Part shown: one piece after another, positions 37,114-43,666 of the stretch
Numbering within the stretch: the first letter of the stretch is position 1
How the letters are laid out: each line of letters begins with the position of its first letter
Source: an uncultured Candidatus Saccharibacteria bacterium
GTDB taxonomy: Bacteria; Patescibacteriota; Minisyncoccia; Phycocordibacterales; Phycocordibacteraceae
NCBI GenBank assembly: GCA_964398815.1
Contig: CAYNNZ010000001.1
Coordinates: 1-51,070 of the forward strand
Direction of reading: 5' to 3'
DNA length: 51,070 bases
Translations under genes and position numbers: made by a program
The notes under the pieces: model-generated
What the model was told of the DNA's origin: nothing
Databases searched by the model: none
The model's input: the letters and a program-made list of their open reading frames with translations, nothing else

Positions 37114-37213
37114 GAATCTTCAGATGCGAGGCACGGGATGTCTGGCGAAGTAGACGTATGGGCTATACGGCGGATGAGCCGGACGGGACCCGTAACGAAG
37201 CAGGTGGAGATTC
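37114..37213. ncRNA. conserved rod-like structured RNA element, copy B (unknown family; strand unresolved)
   Basis: See copy A (17398-17502). It lies between the rplK stop (12 nt away) and the terminator at 37059-37092. Confidence 0.6.
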
Positions 37214-37225
37214 TAGCCGCTTCGG

Positions 37226-37648
37226 TTATTTCTCGATACCGACGCCCATACTACGTGCAGTACCTTCGACAGTCTTCTCTGCTGCCTCAACAGAAGATGC
37301 GGAAAGATCCGGCATCTTCGTCTCTGCAATCTCGCGAATCTGCGCGCGGGAAAGCGTGCCGACTTTTGAATTCGGGGTCTTGCCCGAACCCTTCTCGACG
37401 CCGAGTGCCTTGAGGATAAGGCGGGACATCGGAGAGACCTTGTAGACGAGGCTGAAGGTGCGGTCCTCGTAGACGGTCATTTCGACCGGAACGATCGTGC
37501 CCATGCGGTCCTTGGTAGCCTCGTTGAACTTGTTCACGAAGTCGCCAATGTTGACGCCTGCCGGACCAAGCACGGTACCCACCGGCGGTGCCGGCGTTGC
37601 CTTCCCTGCTGGGATCTGGAGTTTGATTTTCTTAACTGCTTTAGCCAT
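37226..37648 (-). CDS. rplK: 50S ribosomal protein L11
   Basis: [47 protein letters not shown]... Confidence 0.96.
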   Translation of the reverse strand: MAKAVKKIKLQIPAGKATPAPPVGTVLGPAGVNIGDFVNKFNEATKDRMGTIVPVEMTVYEDRTFSLVYKVSPMSRLILKALGVEKGSGKTPNSKVGTLSRAQIREIAETKMPDLSASSVEAAEKTVEGTARSMGVGIEK

Positions 37649-37668
37649 ATGAGTGTGATTAAACTACC

Positions 37669-38238
37669 TTAGAGCTTGCGTATCTGCAAGAAATCGAGCT
37701 CCACCGGAGTCTCGCGACCGAACATGGAGACGAGGACCTTCACCTTGCCACGCTCTTCATCAATTTCACCAACCTTACCTTCAAGGTCCTTAAACGGACC
37801 ATCGGCGATGACAACCGGGTCATCCTTCATAAGATCAATGCGGTGCTTCGGTGCTTCCTGGCCCATACGCTTCATGAGGGATGAGATTTCGCTCTCCTCC
37901 ATCGGCACTGGGGTGGTTCCTGAACCGACGAACCCGGTAACGCGCGGTGTGTTGCGCACGACGAACCACGAATCCTCGTCGACAATCATGTTCACCAGAA
38001 TGTAGCCAGGGTAAATCTTCTCTTCTTCCACGATGCGCTTGCCGGCCTTCACACGAATCTTCTTCTCGGTCGGGACGACCACCTCGAATATCTTGCTCTC
38101 CATACCGAGAGACTCGATGCGCTGCTTCAAGTTACGCTCCACGGCGTTCTCGTAGCCTGCGTAGGTATGAATGGTGTACCAGCGCGGCTCTGAGTTTGCT
38201 GCGTCTTCGTCGAAATGTGGGACAGACTTTGTTTCCAT
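37669..38238 (-). CDS. nusG: transcription termination/antitermination factor NusG
   Basis: NGN domain (WYTIHTYAGYENAVERNLKQRIE) and KOW motif (VVIADGPFKDLEGKVGEIDEERGKVKVLVSMFGRETPVEL). Confidence 0.95.
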   Translation of the reverse strand: METKSVPHFDEDAANSEPRWYTIHTYAGYENAVERNLKQRIESLGMESKIFEVVVPTEKKIRVKAGKRIVEEEKIYPGYILVNMIVDEDSWFVVRNTPRVTGFVGSGTTPVPMEESEISSLMKRMGQEAPKHRIDLMKDDPVVIADGPFKDLEGKVGEIDEERGKVKVLVSMFGRETPVELDFLQIRKL

Positions 38239-38256
38239 ACGAGGAGAATTATTCGG

Positions 38257-38439
38257 CTAGCCTACGAGGCGCTCGACGACACGCGTGAAGATGAGGTCGA
38301 GTCCGGAGATAAGAAGTGCGAGCACCGCTGAAATAACGATGATAAGCACGGTATGCCACGCAGCCTGCTTGCGGTCAGGCCAGACGACATGCGCCATCTC
38401 GGCGCGCACGTTATTCAGATAGGAGAAGAATGACTTCAT
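38257..38439 (-). CDS. secE: preprotein translocase subunit SecE
   Basis: 60 aa: MKSFFSYLNNVRAEMAHVVWPDRKQAAWHTVLIIVISAVLALLISGLDLIFTRVVERLV. Canonical position upstream of nusG. The ORF-track start at 38604 is an over-extension. Confidence 0.85.
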   Translation of the reverse strand: MKSFFSYLNNVRAEMAHVVWPDRKQAAWHTVLIIVISAVLALLISGLDLIFTRVVERLVG

Positions 38440-38467
38440 ACCGGTCGCATTTACTAGGTGTTCTATT

Positions 38468-38487
38468 AAAAAAGGCCCGCGGGCCTT
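38468..38487 (-). terminator. terminator-like hairpin inside the secE leader
   Basis: Minus strand AAGGCCCGCGGGCCTT followed by TTTTTAATAG. It lies between the candidate promoter (38498-38526) and the secE ATG. Confidence 0.45.
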
Positions 38488-38497
38488 GGTTAAAAGC

Positions 38498-38526
38498 ATG
38501 ATACTACGCCGTATTCTAATCGTCAA
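38498..38526 (-). promoter_or_regulatory. sigma70-type promoter upstream of secE-nusG-rplK
   Basis: Minus strand TTGACG (38526-38521), 17-nt spacer, TATCAT (38503-38498). Confidence 0.5.
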
Positions 38527-38527
38527 A

Positions 38528-38558
38528 CAAGAAATCCCGGTATAGCCGGGATTTCTTG
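38528..38558 (-). terminator. hairpin terminator after the SIMPL-domain gene
   Basis: CAAGAAATCCCGG-loop-CCGGGATTTCTTG, a 13-bp stem followed by TTT. Confidence 0.65.
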
Positions 38559-38575
38559 GAACCCTTGTTGGAAGC

Positions 38576-39382
38576 CTATCGAATCTCGTACGTGATTGAG
38601 ACATTCACTGACGTCTCGTTCTCCCCCGTCGGGAGGGTTGGTGCGGGCGCCACCTGATTGGAGACTGCCATATCCATGGCGACACCTCCCTTTGCGTAGT
38701 ACGCCACTGGGTATCCGCCACCGCTCTCTGAGAAGCTTGCGACCTTACCCAGACGTACGCCAAGCTGCTTTGCGAGTACCTCCGCCTTCTCGTGCGCATC
38801 CTTGATGGCCGCTGCACGTGCCTCAGTCTGCCCCTTCTGGTCATCGTCAAATCCAAAGTTCGGGCCAGAGATGTTTTGAACTCCAAGTGAGCCAAGTCCC
38901 TGGAGTACATCTCCCGCCTTTGCGGTGTCGCGCACCTTCACCTCGATTGACTGGGATACTTGGTATCCGGTGATTTCATTGCCGCCGTTCACGCACGCTG
39001 CGCCTGCCGGACACGGACGATAGGTGTACTGCGGATTTACCTGGTAGCCCGATGTTTTTACGTCCTTGTCTGCGATACCCAACTTCTTAAGGGCAGCGAG
39101 TGCATTATCGGTACGCTTCGTCGCGCTGTCCTGCGCTGCTGCGACCGTCGACGCATTCTCTTGGACCGTAAAGGAAATGCGAGCAATATCAGGCACAAGC
39201 GAAACCTTACCGGTACCAGAAACGGTGATGGTGTTCTGCACTGCGGCCGCGCCACGACCGAAGTCCCACACTCCCTGCGCAATAGTTATAGCGAGGAATG
39301 CCATCAAGAGTACGAGGACACCTGCAATAAGTCCGCGAATGCGGCGGTCAGAAGTAAGCTCGTTAATTGGGTGAAGATCCAT
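38576..39382 (-). CDS. SIMPL/DUF541-domain secreted protein
   Basis: TM anchor, then VSGTGKVSLVPDIARISFTVQENASTVAAAQDSATKRTDNALAALKKLGIADKDVKTSGYQVNPQY..., which is typical of the SIMPL (26-kDa periplasmic immunogenic protein) family. Confidence 0.85.
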   Translation of the reverse strand: MDLHPINELTSDRRIRGLIAGVLVLLMAFLAITIAQGVWDFGRGAAAVQNTITVSGTGKVSLVPDIARISFTVQENASTVAAAQDSATKRTDNALAALKKLGIADKDVKTSGYQVNPQYTYRPCPAGAACVNGGNEITGYQVSQSIEVKVRDTAKAGDVLQGLGSLGVQNISGPNFGFDDDQKGQTEARAAAIKDAHEKAEVLAKQLGVRLGKVASFSESGGGYPVAYYAKGGVAMDMAVSNQVAPAPTLPTGENETSVNVSITYEIR

Positions 39383-39399
39383 GATGAATGATTAGGTTA

Positions 39400-40074
39400 T
39401 TAGTTCGTCTGAAGCGACGTGAGCATCGCATAGAGCGCCTTGTGCTCAGGGAGCGAATCTATGACCAGATTCGGATTCGTCCAGTCCACATCGCGCTCCA
39501 GCACTTCAAACTTGAGAACATCCGCACTGCGGGCGAGGTAGCACGCGGAGTGTACCTGACCCTCAAATCGCTCAATGGTCACGCACGAGAATGTGCGGCC
39601 ACTGATAATTTTGGTCTTGAACTCGCTCATTGATTTAGCAGGATTCCCGGAGGGGTCATACATCGTGTTCGCGAGTATCACGTCAGTTGCCTTCTTCCCT
39701 GCCGGAATTTCGTACCGCCGGATAAGGATATTGTGCGGAACGGACGGACTCTTCGACGGCTTGTCGAAAACTGCACGCAGTGTCTCATCCGCCCCTATCG
39801 CATCTGCGTTCGCGGTATATCCGGCAGGTATGACGAATCCAAGACCGATGGACGAGTCTTCAGCATTCGGGAGCGCGCATTTCGCGAACTCGCAGTTAGG
39901 ACCAGTCCGCCCTACCGCACTTCCGTCGGGACACATCTTTGCCTCCTGCGTACATGCGGTCTGTGGCGTCGTAGTCGCTACCTGCCCGGCTGGATGTTCG
40001 AGCGCGTTGCGATAGACGAATCCTGCGATACCGAGAACGAGGATAATAACGATGCCCGCAATGAGTTGTTTCAT
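39400..40074 (-). CDS. membrane-anchored/secreted hypothetical protein
   Basis: 224 aa with an N-terminal TM helix, a Cys-containing linker (CTQEAKMCPDGSAVGRTGPNCEFAKC), and a globular C-terminal domain. Confidence 0.8.
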   Translation of the reverse strand: MKQLIAGIVIILVLGIAGFVYRNALEHPAGQVATTTPQTACTQEAKMCPDGSAVGRTGPNCEFAKCALPNAEDSSIGLGFVIPAGYTANADAIGADETLRAVFDKPSKSPSVPHNILIRRYEIPAGKKATDVILANTMYDPSGNPAKSMSEFKTKIISGRTFSCVTIERFEGQVHSACYLARSADVLKFEVLERDVDWTNPNLVIDSLPEHKALYAMLTSLQTN

Positions 40075-40129
40075 AGAGAAAAGCGTATCACAACCACTGT
40101 GACGCTCCGTTTATGAAATTCTTACGAAC

Positions 40130-40525
40130 TTACCTCCGGAGGGTGCGAATTTCGTCTCGAATCTCCTCGAGCACCACCTGCTCCGGACTCTTGGTTTCCT
40201 CCGGCTGCGGTTTCTTGTGACGTTCAGCCTGCGTTATGCGATTTATGAATCTAACGAAGAGGAAGAGTGCGAACGCAATAATAATGAAATCAAGCAGCGA
40301 CTGGAGGAAGAGGCCATAGGCAATAGTTACCGTGCCTCCCAGATTCAGGGCCAGGTCCTTAAAGTCGATTTTCCCAAGCAGCAGACCAATCGGAGGAGTA
40401 ATGATGTTGGTAACGAGTGAGGTGGTGATGGCACTAAAGGCAGTACCAATCACGACGCCGATAGCGAGATCAAGCACGTTGCCTCGAAGCGCAAACGCTT
40501 TGAATTCTTCAAAAAATGATTTCAT
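40130..40525 (-). CDS. mscL: large-conductance mechanosensitive channel MscL
   Basis: MKSFFEEFKAFALRGNVLDLAIGVVIGTAFSAITTSLVTNIITPPIG... Start is at ATG 40525, 6 nt after an extended -10 box. Confidence 0.93.
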   Translation of the reverse strand: MKSFFEEFKAFALRGNVLDLAIGVVIGTAFSAITTSLVTNIITPPIGLLLGKIDFKDLALNLGGTVTIAYGLFLQSLLDFIIIAFALFLFVRFINRITQAERHKKPQPEETKSPEQVVLEEIRDEIRTLRR

Positions 40526-40531
40526 GCCGCA

Positions 40532-40540
40532 ATAGTACCA
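40532..40540 (-). promoter_or_regulatory. extended -10 element (TGgTACTAT) 6 nt upstream of the mscL ATG
   Basis: Minus strand TGG TACTAT (40540-40532), 6 nt, ATG (40525). Confidence 0.45.
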
Positions 40541-40554
40541 GAAACGAAACCGCA

Positions 40555-40687
40555 CATGTGGGGCGACCTGTGGGGCTCGGCCTGGCTTCACTAATTCGCT
40601 TCGCTCATAAGTGGACCTAGCCTCGGCTCACCGACAAGCCTCACTTCGTTCGCTTGTATACCGGCTCCGCCGTTCTCGCCCCACATG
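40555..40687 (-). ncRNA. structured module closed by a 12-bp helix and containing a duplicated tRNA-His 3' end
   Basis: CATGTGGGGCGA (40555-40566) is perfectly complementary to TCGCCCCACATG (40676-40687). GGGCGACCTGTGGGGCTCG (40561-40579) repeats tRNA-His positions 40738-40756. Confidence 0.45.
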
Positions 40688-40704
40688 GATCGTCCCAGAG
40701 TAAA

Positions 40705-40731
40705 AGAAAAGACGCTTACGCGTCGTTTCTT
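40705..40731 (-). terminator. small intrinsic terminator after tRNA-His
   Basis: Minus strand GACGC-GTAA-GCGTC followed by TTTTCTTTT. Confidence 0.6.
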
Positions 40732-40738
40732 TATTCAG

Positions 40739-40812
40739 GGCGACCTGTGGGGCTCGAACCCACGACCACTTGGACCACAACCAAGAGCTCTACCAACTGA
40801 GCTAAGGCCGCC
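40739..40812 (-). tRNA. tRNA-His (GTG) with an encoded G-1
   Basis: Cloverleaf by eye: G-1, acceptor GCGGCCT/AGGTCGC, D arm GCTCAGTTGGTAGAGC, anticodon arm CTTGG-TTGTGGT-CCAAG, T arm GTGGG-TTCGAGC-CCCAC, discriminator C. Confidence 0.9.
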
Positions 40813-40848
40813 ATGTACTGATCCGACGGCTTTCCGCCGTAAACAGTG

Positions 40849-40930
40849 TGCCCAGGAGAGGACTCGAACCTCCACCCCCGAAAGGACTACCACCTCAAGG
40901 TAGCGTGTATACCAATTTCACCACCTGGGC
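40849..40930 (-). tRNA. tRNA-Leu (GAG)
   Basis: GCCCAGGTGGTGAAATTGGTATACACG..., anticodon arm CTACC-TTGAGGT-GGTAG, long variable arm, T arm GGAGGTTCGAGTCCTCT. Confidence 0.88.
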
Positions 40931-40984
40931 AGGTGTGAGAGGACTATAGCGCACCACGCTCAACAAATAAAGGAGAAAGGCGGC

Positions 40985-41530
40985 TTAGGCCGCCTCCTCT
41001 TCCTTCTTCTCTTCCGGTGTAGCCTCTTCGACTACCGGTGCTTCCTCTGCGCCTCCTGCCTCTTCAGCGGGCGACATTTCGGTTTGGTCCGGATTCTGTG
41101 CCGGATCCTGCTCGACTACCTCTGCGGCAGTCTCTGCTTCGGGAACCTCCTCTTCCTTAAAGTCATCGGTGGAGACACTCATCATGCGCATGTTGCGGAG
41201 CTGGCGGCGGACCTCGCGAGCAACCTTCTCGCGGATGAAGTAGAGCTTTGCGCGACGGACCTTCGAGCGGCGAACGATTTCAATCTTATCGATAACCGGG
41301 GAATAGAGCGGGAAAATCTTCTCGACACCAATGCCGGACATCTGAGCGCGGACGGTAAACGTGCCGCCGGCTTCTGTGCCGTGCTTCACCGCGATGACGA
41401 GTCCTTCGAACATCTGGAGACGGGTCTTACCCTTCTCGATGACCTTCTGATGGACACGCACGGTGTCACCCGGGCGGATGCCGAGCTTCACGCGCTCCTG
41501 TGTAGAAACGGGAGTAATGACGGAATTCAT
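40985..41530 (-). CDS. rplS: 50S ribosomal protein L19 with a ~65-aa acidic C-terminal extension
   Basis: Core [45 protein letters not shown]...[33 protein letters not shown]. The tail is rich in E/A/P. Confidence 0.93.
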   Translation of the reverse strand: MNSVITPVSTQERVKLGIRPGDTVRVHQKVIEKGKTRLQMFEGLVIAVKHGTEAGGTFTVRAQMSGIGVEKIFPLYSPVIDKIEIVRRSKVRRAKLYFIREKVAREVRRQLRNMRMMSVSTDDFKEEEVPEAETAAEVVEQDPAQNPDQTEMSPAEEAGGAEEAPVVEEATPEEKKEEEAA

Positions 41531-41578
41531 GACCCACGGACTGTACCACAGCCTATTTCCTAAAGCAAAATGGCGAGG

Positions 41579-42226
41579 TCACGATGGACCTCGCCAGGAG
41601 TTGGCTTCCTTTTCCCGCTTCAGCCCCCGATGGGCTTTTGCCGCTTCAATGCAGGTCTGGTAGTACGGTCGGGGGCCGTAATTCCACCCGTGACCGATAG
41701 ACCTGACGACCTTCAGGATTTCCTGCGTCGGTTTCGATGCATGAATCCGGTTCACGCGGGCGGCGTAATCAGGCTCAAGATGCCTCAGCCCTTCCGCCAC
41801 CGCGAGCTGCAGCTTCACCGTGAGCTCCAAGAAAGGCAGCCCCGCGACGAAGGCCTGGTATCGCGGCACTGATAGCGTGGTGGGTTTACCCCAGCCGGAC
41901 CAGCCGCCGAGCCCGAATGTGGCGAACTCCGCATCGGTGAAGAGAAGAAGAGCTGCAAGATGCAGGGAGAGCGCGAGCAGTTCTTCAAACCGCTTCTGGA
42001 ATTCGACGGGATTGGATTCCCGCTTCCCTTCCGCCAGCTCGCGGAACCACTTCGCCTTGCGTGACAAACGCGCGAGCGTTCGCTGCGTGGCGTAGAGCTT
42101 CCGAGAACCATCGATGCGGTCGCGCTTGGTGAGCACGGCCCGCTCACGCGGGGTGTAATGGTTGTAGCTCTTGAAGGCTTCGCGCAATTCGTGCGGCAAG
42201 ATTTTGATGGTGCCAATGGCGCTCAT
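41579..42226 (-). CDS. hypothetical protein (215 aa, orphan, no recognisable domain)
   Basis: Clean ORF with GGAGA 7 nt upstream of the ATG. It sits between rluA-family and rplS genes, and GC looks higher than in neighbours. Confidence 0.65.
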   Translation of the reverse strand: MSAIGTIKILPHELREAFKSYNHYTPRERAVLTKRDRIDGSRKLYATQRTLARLSRKAKWFRELAEGKRESNPVEFQKRFEELLALSLHLAALLLFTDAEFATFGLGGWSGWGKPTTLSVPRYQAFVAGLPFLELTVKLQLAVAEGLRHLEPDYAARVNRIHASKPTQEILKVVRSIGHGWNYGPRPYYQTCIEAAKAHRGLKREKEANSWRGPS

Positions 42227-42245
42227 CCAATTTCTCCGTTGTTAC

Positions 42246-42983
42246 TTACCCGTGCGAAAAATACTCTGTATTAGGAAAGCGAGCAAGCGCCGCAGCTAAA
42301 TCTTCTGGTACCGGAGCGATGAGTACTCGGCGACCACCAGACGGCAGTGGTATATCGAGCTCATATGCATGGAGTCCGAGCCTGTTGAATCCGAGGTCGC
42401 AGGGCATTTTCTTCGCATAGAGCGGATCACACACGACCGGATGATGTATCGCCTTGAAATGAACGCGAATTTGGTGCGTTCGCCCGGTCTCCGGCATCGC
42501 CTTCACTACCGAATGCGTGCCAATGTCACTGACGCGTTCCCACTTCGTTACCGCGTCCCGCAGTACACCGCGCGCTTTAGGTTGAGCTGACCGCAGACGG
42601 AAGTCGGTCGCAGAGCGACCTATCGGAAATTCAATGACTCCCTTCTTTTCTTTGGGTACGCCATATATGAATGCGAGATACGTCTTCTTTGCTTCGCGTT
42701 CCTGGAAGGCAGCCTTAAGAGCCGCATGCGCTTCCGGTGTCTTCGCGAATACCAGCACACCTGAAGTTTCGCGGTCGAGGCGATGCACGATTCCGGGACG
42801 TCGTATCTCGGTCCCGTCTTGCAGTCGCTGCGTCTCCCCCACCTCTTTTGAATCAGGGTATGCGCGAGCAAACCAATCACTCGCTGTCTCTTCGGTCGTC
42901 TTCCCGTCTGGGTGCGACATCACGCCTGATGGCTTATTAATAGCGACCATGTTGCTGTCCTCGTAGAGGATTACTGGATTCAT
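42246..42983 (-). CDS. RluA-family pseudouridine synthase (no S4 domain)
   Basis: Catalytic motif GIVHRLDRETSGVLVFAKT, and HQIRVHF later in the protein. Confidence 0.9.
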   Translation of the reverse strand: MNPVILYEDSNMVAINKPSGVMSHPDGKTTEETASDWFARAYPDSKEVGETQRLQDGTEIRRPGIVHRLDRETSGVLVFAKTPEAHAALKAAFQEREAKKTYLAFIYGVPKEKKGVIEFPIGRSATDFRLRSAQPKARGVLRDAVTKWERVSDIGTHSVVKAMPETGRTHQIRVHFKAIHHPVVCDPLYAKKMPCDLGFNRLGLHAYELDIPLPSGGRRVLIAPVPEDLAAALARFPNTEYFSHG

Positions 42984-43007
42984 GCGGTTACCCTAGCACA
43001 AAGCGCT

Positions 43008-43331
43008 GTGTCATATACTTATTGCATGCCGGCATACACCGCATGGGTTCTCGTCTTTCTCGTAGTGCCCATCACCCTACTGTGGGCGGTTTTCCATCGA
43101 CGACTTACTCCCTATGTGCGTTTGTGTTTTGTGGGGGCGCTTCTGGGGACCCCCATCGCGGGAATATGGGACCACATTGGATACACACATCACATATGGT
43201 ATTTCCCCACAGGAAGTATTCTGGGTCCGACCTTCTGGGACCTTCCGCTTGAGGAGTGGGTGTTTCTGTTTCTGATGAATATTCTCCTCACTTCGATTAC
43301 TATCCTCCTCGCTACGAGAAAGTCGCCATGA
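43008..43331 (+). CDS. lycopene-cyclase-domain membrane protein 1 (CrtYc/CrtYd-like)
   Basis: About 100 aa with 3 TM helices and the hallmark PLEEWVFLF motif. An alternative start exists at 43026. Confidence 0.7.
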   Translation: MSYTYCMPAYTAWVLVFLVVPITLLWAVFHRRLTPYVRLCFVGALLGTPIAGIWDHIGYTHHIWYFPTGSILGPTFWDLPLEEWVFLFLMNILLTSITILLATRKSP

Positions 43332-43666
43332 ACCCGTACTTTTACCTTCTGTTAATCTGCGTATTTTCCATTCCACTCATGGCTATTGTGGCCGTTCGCA
43401 AAACACGATTAATGAAATCGTACTTGGGCGTAATTGCTACTGTTTCCGCATGCGGAATCGCGATTCAGCTCATCACGGAATATTTCGGTCTGTCCTGGGG
43501 AGCGTGGGCATTCTCTGGAGAAAATATTCTTGGCATTTGGATAGGTCCCATGCCGGTTGAAGAGTTGCTGCTTGGCTTACTCTTCCCCACCACTCTTGCG
43601 ATGGTCATTATCGTACTTCTGGCGTGGAGGAAGCAGGGTAAGTACCGTTGGCTCGTTGGCCGTTAA
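43328..43666 (+). CDS. lycopene-cyclase-domain membrane protein 2 (CrtYc/CrtYd-like)
   Basis: ATGA overlap with the preceding gene, 3 TM helices, and the motif PMPVEELLLGLLFP. Confidence 0.7.
   Translation: MNPYFYLLLICVFSIPLMAIVAVRKTRLMKSYLGVIATVSACGIAIQLITEYFGLSWGAWAFSGENILGIWIGPMPVEELLLGLLFPTTLAMVIIVLLAWRKQGKYRWLVGR

Noticed and set aside
38440-38604. N-terminal extension of the secE ORF (115-aa version)
   Set aside because: The extension runs through a terminator hairpin and a promoter-like region. SecE homology and the TM helix are fully contained in the 60-aa version.
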